This document shows positions 39,721-53,060 of a stretch of DNA of 64,000 nt, one piece after another. Each line of letters starts with the position of its first letter. Within the stretch, counting starts at the first letter, position 1. The position numbers and the translations under genes were made by a program. The notes beneath the pieces were generated by a model. That model was not told the DNA's origin. It saw only the letters and a program-made list of their open reading frames with translations, and did no database searches. Location: the NCBI GenBank assembly GCA_951406725.2, contig OX597818.1, positions 105,462,001 to 105,526,000 on the forward strand, in the 5' to 3' direction. Source of the DNA: Octopus vulgaris (Eukaryota).

Positions 39721-42382
39721 GCAGACACTGACTGTTTACTTATTTATCGATTAAAATAAATAATCTAACATTATTTATAAAAATATGGATTATTTTACTC
39801 GAAATGTGATTATACATTCATAAATATCTAAACCAAGCAGAAAGAGAAAATCTAAATGCTCCCTTGCCCACGAAAAATTTGTTTTACATTTAAAATTTTT
39901 TTTATTTAGCGCACTAAATCTTAATTTAAATTATATTTTCTCAATACTCGATTTAGTATTTACATCAAAACATTTTACATGTGTTATTTTATTTGGAATC
40001 TGACAATGTGTAATTTATTAATTTTGCATGAGATACAAAATAAATGCTATGATTTTATAAGGCATTTTCTGGGGGTTATTTTTGATATAGAATATTTAGG
40101 TGTTTTAATGATCCACGTAAGCAATTTCCAAACAATTACTTGTAGCCATGTTCTAAATGAGAAAAATATGATAATATTTAATTTGTAGTTGTGACTAACA
40201 AATGTTGGTGTATTGGGTTTCGTAAAGAAATACTGATCCAAATATAAAGCACTTATTAATTCACCAAGGGTATTAAAAGCATAAGTGCAGATAAATAGCT
40301 TCAATCATTGACCGAAACAGAATCTCTTATTGATACGATGGAATTTGCTGTTGAATGTTAGAAATAATTTAGCATTGAGAGTTACGTAAAAATTCGCCTA
40401 TAAAACTATACTTTATATGTTTGTAGAGTATATTTCCTATTTGTCCCAAAATTAGGTAATCTAAACCAAAGGCAGGCATAATTCCTAGAGACAAAATCTT
40501 GACAAATATTTGGGTTTATTATATGCCTGCAGGGTGTATTTATTTTCTGTTTGCATCCACACTGGGTAAAAAGCCAAATTCAGGAATAATTCTCAGAGAC
40601 AAGCCTTGGGCTGACAAAATGTGAAGTAGTATGTATTTGGTTATATCATCTTTATGCTTTACTAAATGACAAGATTTCTTGAAACATTAGATATGAAATA
40701 ATATATGATAAAACAATTGAAAGAGGTCTTATACTGAAAACATTCTTAATTCATGAAGACATTAAAAAATTATGTGGTAAAATGTTGTTAAAGAGAAGAA
40801 AATTGTAGAAATATTGCTGTAACTATTGATTCCCAGTTTGTCACATAATTAAATTTCACAACAAAATTGAGAGTTCTAGGAATATCTGATAGGACAAGTA
40901 ATTTAGTAAGGAACTTTACAAGCGGTTAGAAGTGATGCCAAGAGGAGTGAAATGATTTGAGTAAGTGATATTCAAATTATGGGGGCAGAGGAGCACCACC
41001 TATCATAGCACCAATATAGTACCTACAGACAATACAGAGAAAGGCAGAAAATACAGGACACCTATGGTTATTGATGAGTAAATCTCTCTCACTCAATCAA
41101 ATTGAATTTTTTACATACATTCTTGATTATTTGTGCCCCATCAACCACTGAAGGATGTGAACAGTATTCTTTTGTGAAGGAAATTTGTGCATTAGGCCAG
41201 AAATTATTTCATTCCTATCCTTAGTAAGAAGTGAAAAGTGATAACATCTGCATAGATGTTGCTTTAATTTGGCTGATGTATCATATATAGCATTGTTTTA
41301 ACTAATCTGTCAGATGTTATAGAAGCAAGATACTTTGAAGTAAGTTATTTAACTACTAACCTGAAGGAGAGCCTTGAATAAAATGAAATAAAAACATTGC
41401 TTTAACAAAAACAATTCCACTCATAAAGCATAGAATAATGGATGAGAATTCAAAAATAAAATTTTAAAAATCTCAGTGGACAATTTGTTGCCCACAAGTT
41501 GCAGATTGCAGTAAGTTAGACTTGGTTAGATGCTCTAAATAAATATTTTCCATTAATTCTATGCCAAGTTTTCTGAATTTGCTAATGATAGAAGGAATTT
41601 CTTGATACAGTTTCTATTCTTCTGCCTGTATTTCTCACTCTCTTAGTTAAATTTATAACACTGTTTTAATTATAGTCAACTCAGATTTTTTTTTAAGATT
41701 GTTTCATTTGTCCCAAGTTCAAGTTACTAAATCTCTTCAGTGAAAAAGTAAATCTTTGCCCCATAGGAATTTTCACCACTGATTTAAGGGTAAGAACTTG
41801 TAACATGAAGTATTTCAATAAGTTGACACTAACTCCACCACTCAATGGCCTTTTAAACAAGATCCTTGGAATGAATATGCAGTTGTAATTATTAGGTAAC
41901 TTGAAAGGTTTGTACTTCAAGTATTGGAAATACACATGAGAATGAAAATACCTTCATAGAGCAGATATTGGAAAAAAAGACTGCAATTAATGCTTGATGT
42001 AGTGTATAACTTTTTCTTAATGAAATAATCTTTACTAATCTTGAAAATAATCAAGAATTTGTTGGGATCTTATAATAGCCAGCTTCTTTGTTATCAGATT
42101 AGTATTTAAAACAAAAAAAAAGAGAGAACAAATGTAAAATTACGATGAAAGGTTTTAATTTTCATAAGAACACTTTAAAATGGGCATGTTTTTATACCAT
42201 TAAATTAGAGGAAGTCTGTAGAGGCTTGATATCAAAAGGGTTAAGGTTGAAAATAGGAAACTGTAGTTCATGGCTGACAACGACTTTTTCATGCTTGAGA
42301 GTTTTTGGTCATACCACTGACTCATTAACACTGCCATACTAACTTGATACTGATTAGACAGTTTGTCAATCTTAATACTCCT

Positions 42383-42601
42383 GTAAAGTGGCAAGCTGGC
42401 AGAAACGTTAGCACGCTGGGCGAAATGCCTAGCAGTATTTCATCTGTCTTTGTGTTCTGAGTTCAAATTCCGCTGAGGTCGACTTTACCTTTCATCCTTT
42501 CGGGGTCGATAAATTAAGTACCAGTTACATACTGGGGTGAATCTAATCGACTGCCCCCACCCTCCCCCAAAATTTCGAGTCTTGTGCCTAGAGTAGAAAA
42601 G
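42383..42601 (+). mobile_element. Full-length tRNA-related SINE with Nin-like domain and 15-bp TSD
   Basis: TSD AATCTTAATACTCCT at 42368-42382 and 42602-42616; A-box tggcagaaacgttagc, B-box gagttcaaattcc; cctttcatcctttcggggtcgataaattaagtaccag core. Confidence 0.9.
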
Positions 42602-43604
42602 AATCTTAATACTCCTTTTTACCGGCTAAATGAACTAGAAATTCAAATACGCATTTTTTTTTTATTAGTTAGCTGTAAATCACAACTGTATTTCTCTCCA
42701 GCCCTCACAGATTTTTCACATTCAATGGCCATGTCTTTGTAGTGCACACCTTACTTCATGTGGTCTGACTTTTTTATAGTGAAAGGAACAATTTGTTAAC
42801 AGAGTTAATATCCTGCTGAATTTATTCCCTACTTTAACTCTACCTAGAAAGCTCTTATTCAACTGTCATATTACAAAAGTAAAAAAACATATCAACTATA
42901 TCTAGTGTCAACTTATCTGAGTAGATCAGAGATTATATTTTAAGGTTGCTCCTCATGCTGACTATTCTATAGATCTAATGATTTTGAAAACCTGCTTCTT
43001 AATCAATCTGCCAAATATCCTACCTTACTTTTGTATAGCACTTATTTGTACTGAATACACAGTATTGAGTTCCTGTATACACTCTTCCCTACATCAAAGT
43101 TATGTACCAGATTGCAGGGTTATGTATCAGGTTGCAGTGGGATCTAGTGATACCACTTATTAATTTGTATTTTGTTCCTTACAATGCTGACCTTCAAAAT
43201 TTTGAATGCCAAAACAGGAACCAAGTTATTGATGCAGAGAATCTGGTCCCCATTGCAAAGTCTATCAAGGAGCAGCAGAGGAAGTCCCAAACCTAGAAGA
43301 TGGTCTAGAGTTCAACTACTGAACTAATTTCTTATTGCTTAGTAAGGAACTAAGAAAAAGAACTTTGGTGAATGCCTACCTATGAATTAACTTTTTCACT
43401 ATACTAATGTCAAGCTTAAGCTTGCTTTCAGGATCTTAGTACAGAGCTTTTTCAGAAGCCATCCTCTTGAAAAACTTTTCAGCAGTGTGGGTTATAGTTA
43501 AAGCCTTTCTAGATGCTTGCAGGAAGAGCAGAGCAGTTTCTTCTTCCCTAAAAACTTCTCTCAGAAGAGGCTTGTCTAAGATTATTTCAGATATTTTCAA
43601 GATC

Positions 43605-43815
43605 TAGGTAAAGGTAGACCCAGGAAGACATGGGATGAGGTGGCGAAACATGATCTTCAAACTTTGAACCTCACCGAGATCTTTGGCGATGTGCTGTGCT
43701 TGGGAAGACCTGTCAAGCCAAGTGTGCCCATGCTGGTGGCATGTAAAGAACATCTTTTGAACATTGGGCCCCATATAGGCAAAGTGGCTGAGTTCCTTTC
43801 GAGTGTTGGCCCTGA
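43605..43815 (+). mobile_element. RTE LINE 3' fragment
   Basis: ggtagacccaggaagacatgggatgaggtggcgaaacatgatcttcaaac (GRPRKTWDEV). Confidence 0.75.
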
Positions 43816-44164
43816 TTGAACAAGTTTAGATCAAAGACATTCCATCTTTTTATTGCTCTGAGAACTATACTGAATATTAAGCAGCAAAGAACAATGCTCT
43901 GGTAGACACCAATCTATGTACTAAATTTATATCATAACTATTGTTACCATCACTGTTTCTATATCTATCTTTTTCATGCTAGCACAGGTTAGATTAAACT
44001 TTTTGAGAAATATTCTATCTCTATCCTCTATGATGCCAACCCTAACTTGTTTTCCAATTAGATACTTTATTCTGGCATCTTCACATGTTGAACTAAAAAG
44101 CTGTAACCCAAGAGGTTTCAGTGTGAAGACACACAAACATACACATGCATGTGTTTGTGTGTGC

Positions 44165-44184
<20 letters not shown>

Positions 44185-44195
<11 letters not shown>

Positions 44196-44320
44196 GTTGA
44201 AATTTACAGAAAAATAAAAGACGAAGACAAGTGTATAAACAACAAGCAGGTGTATTGGTTTGACACCCAGGAAGATGAAAAAGTCTTTTATGTTTTGAGA
44301 CTATGCTCTTCAACATATAT
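44185..44320 (-). mobile_element. Penelope-like pLTR fragment next to (TA)n
   Basis: Reverse complement of tgttgaagagcatagtctcaaaacataaaagacttt...aatacacctgcttgttgtttatacacttgtcttcgtc; same family as 52570 and 36830. Confidence 0.7.
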
Positions 44321-44652
44321 ATCCTTTAAGTTCGTTTATGTGAAATGTTTTTGAGTGTGCTCACAAAAAGCTTCTATGCTATTTATTTTGGGTACTACTT
44401 ACTATTCTCATCTTCCAGAGTAATTGAATAGGATCATTTTTAGTCTGGTGTGACTGTAGCATAGGATGAATATAGCAATAACAGGAACTTTTGGATGGAA
44501 GTTCATAAATCCTTTAATGTATTGCTATGTACATTTCCACAAACTGCACACTTTAGCTGCTAAAACATGCAGTTTGAGGGAACATCTATAGCAATGCATT
44601 AAAGGATTTATGAATTTTGATCCAAAAGCTCTTGTTAATACTATATATATAT

Positions 44653-44702
<50 letters not shown>

Positions 44703-45109
44703 CTTACTTGGAAGTGGATGCGTCGCATTCGATCATATAACAAAATAATAAATAATACATATGCATATATACATACATATATGTACGTACCTACATCTAT
44801 ATGTATATATACATGCATATATGGGTACAGGACACCAAAAAAATGTTGAACACTGAGAAACGAAAACATAAAAACAAAACCATGGAAATGAACATTTTTT
44901 TAAACAATGAAAAAACAGAGTACAAGACATACAACACAAGGAAAATTCCCCTTATTCAGCTGCTCCTGCTTCGTCTACTCTGTGTTTCGAAGGTAAGGGC
45001 GAGACACGACTTCGTTGAAACAATCCTTCCCACAAAACAAATTAAATAAAATTTGGGATTATATATATATATATTTACACACATACGCATATATATACAT
45101 ATATATATA

Positions 45110-45910
45110 TGGCAACCAAGTCTGTAGTGGGGGCTGGTTGCCCTGAGAGCATAGCTGCTAGAATAATAGCCTGGGCAAAGTTCAGAGAGCTCCTACCTCT
45201 GCTAGCAACTAAGGGCCTCTCACTCAGGGTGAAAGGTAGATTGTATGATGCATATGGGTGAACTGCTATGCCACACGGCAGTGAAACATGGGCCATGACT
45301 GCTAAGGACATGCATAGGCGTGAAAGAAATGAAACTAGTATGATCTGCTGGATGTGTAATGTCAGAGTGCATACATGACAAAGTGTAAGCGCCCTGAGAG
45401 ATAAGTTGGACGTGAGAAGCATCAAATGTGGGGTGCAAGAGAGGCAACTGTGCTGGTATGGTCATGTGTTACATATGAATAAGGACAGCTGTGTGAAGAA
45501 GAACCCTGTGGAGGGTAGACACAGGAAGACATGGGGTGAGGTGGTGAAGCATGACCTTCAAACATTGAGCCTCACAGAGGCAAGACAGGAGGCTGAAACC
45601 TTTGGAGATATACTACGATTGAGAAGACCTGACAAGTAAAGTGAGATTGCAGCCATGGCTGATGCCAGTGTTGCATGACTGGCCCATTTAAAAATACCCT
45701 TGAAGCTTTGAGCAATATGATATACTTGAGAAGACATATTGAATCAAGTAAAATTGAAATTGTAGCTGTGGCTAGTGCTGCCTGACTGGCTTCCATACCA
45801 GTGGAACGTAAAATGCACCATCTGAACACGGTCGATGCAAGTGCCCCTTGACTGGCTCCCATGCCGTTGGCATGTAAAATGCATCATCCAGACATGGTCG
45901 ATGCCAGATC
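45110..45910 (+). mobile_element. RTE LINE 3' fragment
   Basis: AWAKFRELLPLL, KGRLYDA, DVRSIKCGVQERQLCWYGHVL, plus 3' UTR tandem units. Confidence 0.88.
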
Positions 45911-46134
45911 TGTGGTGCAATTTTTTCATGAGCAAAACACTATATTTCTTGATGCTCCAATTTACTCAGCTGTAATTAGGTAACCCTGCAAAGGACTGAC
46001 ATTCTGTTCAGGTGGAATGTTGACATGCGCACCAAGCTACTGGGGTGGCATCATTTGAAAGCTAGAGCAAAGTGAGGAAGCTCATTGTGACCAGTGGTGT
46101 ATAGCAACATCTGAAAGTCTGGTCGATACAATAT

Positions 46135-46211
46135 TTTATATATATATATATATATATATACATACATACATATATGTGTACACATACATATATATATATG
46201 CATACATACAT

Positions 46212-46246
<35 letters not shown>

Positions 46247-46267
46247 CATATATATACATACATATAC

Positions 46268-46316
<49 letters not shown>

Positions 46317-46318
46317 TA
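46135..46318. repeat. Compound (TA)n/(TACA)n microsatellite
   Basis: Direct reading. Similar arrays at 7270-7410, 24020-24095, 44640-44800 and 49010-49140. Confidence 0.95.
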
Positions 46319-46319
46319 A

Positions 46320-49010
46320 CTACCATAGACTGGTAGTTAGTGACTTTAGGATCAGGACTAGGAGGACAACCAGAAGACGACCAACATGGAGAAGAAGGAT
46401 CTGGAGGCTTAAAGATCCTGCGAATGGACAGAGATTTAGGGACATGCTACTTGAAGCTTTTGACGAAGTAGAAGGGGATAGAGTATCACATGGGGTAGAA
46501 TGCAACTGGACGTTTCTAAGGGACAACCTGCTGAGAGCCACTGACCAGATCTGTGGCTGGTGCAAAGTCCCCTCTCGTCCCAAGGTAACGTGGTGGTGGA
46601 ACAGTGTTGTAGACAGGGCTATTTGAGAAAAGAGACAGACTTGGAAGCACTGGAAGAATGGTGGTAGCAGGGAATTGTATCAGACTGCCAAAAGGGAAGC
46701 TAGGAGACAGGTCTATCTAGCCAGAGGGGAAGCAGATAAGAAAAAATTTGCCAATGTTCTGTGCCGTGAGGACCAAAGACTGGAGGTGTTTCGCGTTGCA
46801 AGACAGTGTGTGAGAGAGAATTGTGATGTGGTAGGAGAGAATTGTGTTCGCATGGAAGATGGTTCACTTGCACTAAATGAGGATGCAAAGAGAGAGGTTT
46901 GGAGACGCCACTATGAAAGGTTGCTGAATGAGGAAAATGAATGAGATAAAGAGAGTCTGCCGAATGTTGACCCAACAGAGGGACCAGCTATCCGAGTTGA
47001 TAGTTCCTTGGTAGTTAAGGCAATTAGAAGCATGAAGACAGGGAAAGCCCCGAGCCCATCAGGAATCACTGCAGAGATGCTCAAAATATCTAGTAGTGTT
47101 GGCTATAGCCTAGTCACCCATATAGTTAATCAGGTGATACACGAAGGAGTCATACCCAATGACTGGTGTAGCAGCATAATAGTCAACTGCTACAAAGGTA
47201 AAGGTGACGCCCTAGATACAAATAATTACAGAGGTATTAAGCTGTTGGATCAGGTATTGAAGGTTACGGAGAGGGTCATAGCCCAACTAATTAGAGAGAG
47301 AGTTAGTTTAGATGAGATGCAGTTTGGGTTCGTGCCAGGGAAAAGTACCACTGATGCTATATTCCTGGTAAGGCAGCTGCAGGAGAAATACCTAGCCAAA
47401 GATAAGCCCCTGTACCTGGCTTTTGTTGACATGGAGAAAGCCTTCAACAGGGTCCCCCGATCCCTTATCTGGTGGTCAATGAGGAAACTAGGGATAGATG
47501 AATGGTTAGTGAGAGAGCTGTGCGAGCCATGTACAGGGACGCTGCTAGTAAGGTGAGGGTTGGCAACGAGTACAGTGAAGAATTCCGGGTAGAGGTAGGG
47601 GTCCACCAAGGCTCAGTCCTCAGCCCCCTCCTATTTATCATAGTCCTCCAGGCAATAACGGAGGAATTCAAGGCAGGATGCCCTTGGGAGCTCCTCTATG
47701 CTGATGACCTTGCTCTAATTGCTGAGTCACTATCAGAACTGGAGGAGAAGTTTCAGGTGTGGAAGCAAGGATTAGAATCGAAGGGCCTTAGAGTCAATCT
47801 AGCTAAAACCAAAGTCATAATAAGTAGGAAGGTAGACAAATCACAAACGCCTTCAGGTAGATGGCCCTGCTCGATCTGTAGAAAAGGTGTAGGTAGAAAC
47901 TCTATAAGATGCACCAAGTGTAAGCTATGGACACATAAGAGGTGCAGCAATGTCAAAGGAAGGCTAACTAGGAAGATGGTTTTTGTATGTGGCAGACGCT
48001 CAGGAACAATAAACACTGAAAATGCTCTGAGACCAACTTCTGTCACTTTCCAGGGAGAAAAACTAGAAATAGTTGATAGCTTCCATTACCTAGGTGACCA
48101 AGTCAGCAGCGGGGGCGTGTGTGCTGAAAGTGTAACTGCTAGAGTAAGAATAGCTTGGGCAAAGTTCAGAGAGCTCTTACCTCTGCTGGTGACAAAAGGC
48201 CTCTTGCTCAGAGTAAAAGGCAGACTGTATGACGCGTGTGTACGAACAGCCATACTACATGGCAGTGAGAATATGCGTAAGCTCACAAGAAATGAAGCCA
48301 GTATGCTCCGATGGATGTGTAATGTCAGTACTCATACTCGACAGAGTGTAAGTACCTTGAGAGAAAAGCTGGACCTAAGAAGCATCAGATGTGGTGTGCA
48401 AGAGAGACGTTTGCGCTGGTATGGGCATGTGGCGTGAATGGATGAAGATAGTTGTGTGAAAAAGTGCCACACCCTAGCGGTTGAGAGAACCTGTGGAAGA
48501 GGCAGACCCAGGAAAACCTGGGACGAGGTGGTAAAGCACGACCTTTGAACTTTAGGTCTCATTGAGGAAATGACTAGAGACCGAGACCTCTGGAAGTATG
48601 CTGTGCGCGAGAAGACCCGGCAGGACAAGTGAGACCATAACCCGTGGCCTTCTACATGGGATGTAGCCAGCCCACTTATGCATACCTTCCCTTCTTGGGA
48701 CACAAAACTCTACTTGTGAAGACCTGTTGAGGCAAGTGAGAATCAGAATCGAAATCGATCAATGGAAATTGCAGCTGAGTTACCAGTGCTGGTGGCACGT
48801 AAGAGAACCATCTTACGTCTGGCACCTGTGCGGGTGGCACGTAAAGAGCACCCACTACACTCACGGAGTGGTTGGCGTTAGGAAGGGCATCCAGCCGTAG
48901 AAACACTGCCAGATCAGACTGGGCCTGATGCAGCCTTCTGGCTTTACAGACCCCAGTTGAACTGTCCAACCCATGCTAGCATGGAAAGCGGATGCTAAAT
49001 GATGATGATG
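46320..49010 (+). mobile_element. 5'-truncated, recently inactivated RTE-clade LINE (EN tail, RT, PHD-like finger, 3' UTR, (GAT)n tail)
   Basis: [99 protein letters not shown]. Few lesions: TGA at 46624, 46942 and 48435, a frameshift near 47512 and a short in-frame deletion after HGSE. Confidence 0.96.
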
Positions 49011-49015
49011 ATATA

Positions 49016-49048
<33 letters not shown>

Positions 49049-49141
49049 TCATATATATATATACACACACACACATATATACATATATATACACATATAT
49101 ATACATACACACACACATACATATATACACATATATAAAGG

Positions 49142-50098
49142 AATACAAAAAATGGGACAAGAACGCAAAACATCCAGACATGATAAAAAAGGGACAAGAA
49201 AAAACAAAGATGGGTCATTCAGAGTTTTCTTTCCTCAGTCGAGTTCCAGATTATCTTTGCAATTTCGGCTGGTTATACTCAAGACTGCTCCAATCTGGCC
49301 TGCCCCAAGGAAAAACTAAGCTGAGAGCACTAAATTCCTTGGAAGAAAGCAGCAAATGTATATGCAAACAAGGACGGAAAAAAACCCTGAGAAATGGTAC
49401 ACAAATACAAATAACAGGACATTAACAACAGGTGTCTTTCGACTAAGGATGAATTCAATTAAGCTGGTGTATGTGGAAGTGAAGCCTTGCAGCAGGGACA
49501 TAAGAGATGACAGGCATGGAGAGGAATATAGATGTTGCATGGATGGTAGTCGAACCAAGAAAGGTCAGTCTTGGCTGAACACCAGACACATGGAGAGAGA
49601 GGAGAGAGGTAGAGGCAGAGGGATAGAAGAATTAGGGAGGGTCAAAAAAAAAAAAGGGACAGAGTGAAGTGAAAGAGGAGGGAAGGTGAGAATGAAGAGA
49701 AAGCCAGGAAATGTGAGAGATGGGGAACGAAACAAAACAGAGTGGAAAGAACAAAGTAAGTGTGAAGGGGCTGATAGAAAGAAAGAAAGAATAAGAGAGT
49801 TGTACAATATATATATATATGCACTTACATATGAGACCAAAGTGTATGTACGCTGCCATATGTTTATAAAAATGAATACAAAAAAATGGGACAAGAACGC
49901 AAAACAACCAGATAGATGATACAAAAAAGGGACAAGAAAAAACAAAGACGTGTCATTCAGAGTTTTCTTTCCTAGGTTGAGTTCCAGATTATCGTTGCAA
50001 TTTTGGCTGGTTATACTCAAGAGTGCTCCAATCTGGCCAGCCCCAAGGAAAAACTAAGCTGAGAGCACTAGATTCCTTAGAAGAAAGCAGTGAATGTG
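49142..50098 (-). repeat. ~225-bp direct repeat pair (49142-49360, 49874-50098), probably tandem Penelope-type pLTRs
   Basis: gaatacaaaaaatgggacaagaacgcaaaaca...cagagttttctttcct...ggctggttatactcaaga.tgctccaatctggcc.gccccaaggaaaaactaagctgagagcact occurs twice, each next to (TA)n. The PLE assignment is inference from architecture. Confidence 0.65.
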
Positions 50099-50924
50099 TA
50101 CAAATATATATATAAACATAATGAGGCACTAAGTACATGCAACTACAACTTTTTTCACACATTCAAATTCTACCACAAATCCAAATGCCTAAATGACCAT
50201 ACAGTACATTTCCACAATACCCCTTAGGTAATTCCAATAACCTTATAAATCGACATTCTAACTCCTAATCCCTATCTAATTCTTCACTCATACTTGAATA
50301 TCACAACCATCTAATTATATTCGTATGTGCATCCATCCATGTGTGTGTGTGTATGTATGAGTGAGTGTATGCATATATGTACGTATGCATGAATGTACAT
50401 GTGTACGCAAGGTATATATACCTGCGTATACAGGGACGATAATACATGCATCTTTTTACACTATAATACCTTTCTCTCTCTATCATCCTTTATCTCCCCA
50501 CTCCTACTTTCAAATTATCTCCACTGACCACTAACTGGTAAACTTTCCCTTATCTATATCTTTTTCTTTCTTGCCTTTATTCCTCTCTTCTTGTTTTTTC
50601 TTATTTTCTTCTTACTTTCTCTTTCTTTATTCTTCTCTTCCTGTTTTCAATTTGACCCTACTAATACACTCCCTATTTTTAGGCCACTTTAAATAAAACC
50701 CATGATTCAATAATACTGTGTATAAACTCTATACTTGGAGAGACCAATTTTAAATACTAGTGGATTTTACTCATAAGGTATTGGAATCTTATATGTTTAC
50801 CATTCTGCCTAAAAAATGGATCTACAAATACAATATCCCCACACATCTATTTTCTTTCCTCCACCTAACTCTCTATTTTGTATCTTATCTAAATTAACCA
50901 TCACTTTGTCATCCTCTCACACCA

Positions 50925-50971
50925 TCTCTGATGAAGGGATAGAATAAATATCCTGGAAACAGCTGTAAGGG
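50925..50971 (+). ncRNA. Minimal type I hammerhead ribozyme motif (Penelope-type)
   Basis: CTGATGA (50928-50934), A, helix II ggata-gaataaa-tatcc, GAAAC, palindromic ACAGCTGT helix III, cleavage triplet GTA; short helix I. Confidence 0.75.
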
Positions 50972-51139
50972 CTTCTATCTATAAATGTTCTAAAATCTGC
51001 ACAGCCTTGGTTTTTTTTATCTCATTACAAAAAATAATTTTTATATACACACGCTGATATATGACCAACGTTGAACCCCCTTATCTGCATAATCACCAAA
51101 CCTGGAACTTAACTATGGTTTATATAGAGCACTTATTCA

Positions 51140-53060
51140 GCATTGCCTGACACCTTTGGTCTCAATGACACCATTACCTCTCATAACCTCTATATATACA
51201 TATATAGAGAATGGGCCCCAACTATGCAAACCTGTTTGTTGGCTAAGTTGAGGCCCAAATATTCTCCAGTTTCACTGGTCCCACTCCCGAACTATATGGC
51301 CGTTATATTGACAACTGTTTCGGTGCCACCTCACTCTCCCGCGAACATCTAGACTCCTTCCTCTCTTTTGTCAAATCTTTCCATCCTGCCCTCCACTATC
51401 TCTGTCTCTTTTCTTGACATTTCGGTCAGCATTCATCACTCCACTCTTACCACCACCATCCACTACAAACACACACTCATATCTCAACTTCTCCTCCTCC
51501 CACCTCAAACACACCAAGCTTTCCATCCCCTATTCCTCCGTCTACGCAGGCTCTGTAGTGACAACCATGACTTTGAGACTCAGTCTCGACTCATGGCTTG
51601 CCACTTCATCCTACATGGATATCCCCTCACCACTATCCACACTGCCCTTGCCAGAGCATGTTCTGTGGACATTGCATCTGCTCTCTCCCCACAAACTCGC
51701 CCTGCAGTCTCCTGCCTCCCTTTTCCCCTCACCTCTCCAATGCACCATTCTCCGAGCTTTCCGGCATCTTCAGTCCGACCCGTCCACTTCACACATCTTC
51801 CCTAACCAACCCCTCCCCTCCTTCAAACGAGCCCACAACCTACAAGACCTCTTGGTCCACAGCTTCTTCCCCAACCCTACCTCCCAACCTGGCTCGTTCC
51901 CCTGCTCCCGCACTTGCCCTTACCTCTCCAACACCACCCATCATTGACCCTATCACATCACTGACTCCTTCACCTGCACCTCCAGCAATATCATCTATTG
52001 CATCTCCTGCCATTCTCTGTACATCGGACAAACGGAACGCCGCTTGGCAGCCCGGTTTGCAGAACACCTCCGAGACATCCCAGTCTCATGCCATTTCCAC
52101 TCTACCGGTCACTCTTTGCAACACCTGTCTGTGTTCGGATTGTCCTTGCACAGAGGCCATCCTGACTCCTGTTTGCGCCGTGAACAGGGATTAATCTTCT
52201 CTCTTCGCATCATTTGGGCTCAACTCTCCTCCTCCCACCCAACTCCTACTTCTCTTCACCCCTATTCTCTTTCCCTCTTATCTCTTACTCTCCCACCCCG
52301 ACTCCTACTTCTCTTCCTCTCCTCACATACCCACCTTCCCCAAACCCTACTCCACCTTCTCATCCCACCCCTCAGCCGAACCCACACCCCACCAGCCCTC
52401 TTTCACATGCACATACATACTCTCATACACACACGAACCTTCGTGTTGGGAGTCATCTTTACCTTGTTATCTCCCCTACTTCTTACCTGTTGTGTGTGAC
52501 CCTTCTGTCCAGCAGTCGCCATGATAGATCGTTAGCCACTACACACTTTTTTTTCCTCTCCTTGCATTTTCTGTAGAAGAGCGTAAGCTCAAAACGTAAA
52601 AGACTTTTTCTATTCCTGAGCGTTATACTAATGCATCTGTTTGTTTTCTTTGTAAACTCTCCCTATATATATTATACACAAACATATATATATACATACA
52701 TTTTTATTCCCCACCCTACCCTTGCTTTCCCCACCTTCCAACCACACCACCACGCACACACTAGTACTGACCACTTCCCAGCACCCTCACCCACACGCAC
52801 CTTCGTTTTGGGATCACCACTACTTTATTATCTCCACTTCTTCCTAGCTTTCCTGTGTGACCCCTCTGTCCAGCATTCGCCATGATAGATCGCTAGCCAC
52901 TATACATTCATTTTCTCTCCTTGTTTCTTTTTGTGGAAGAGCGTAGGCTTGAAATGTTAAAGACTTCTTCACATCCCGAGCGTTAAACTAATACATCCGT
53001 TTGTCGTCTACACCACCTGTCTTCATCTTTTGTTTTTTTGTGAATTCTCCCCCTATGTAT
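51140..53060 (+). mobile_element. Decayed Penelope-like element (RT C-terminus, GIY-YIG endonuclease, tandem pLTRs)
   Basis: MGPNYANLFVG (51211), RYIDNCFG, SFLDISV, HSYLNFSSSH, FLRLRRLCSD, FTCTSSNIIYCISC, LYIGQTERRLAARFAEHLRDI, HFHSTGHS. Repeated 3' unit at about 52420-52675 and 52780-53060. Confidence 0.9.

Noticed and set aside
49215-49245. Hammerhead-like CTGAGGA...GAAT on the minus strand in the direct repeats
   Set aside because: The GAAA box is imperfect, helix II is only 3 bp and the second copy lacks CTGA; too weak to call.
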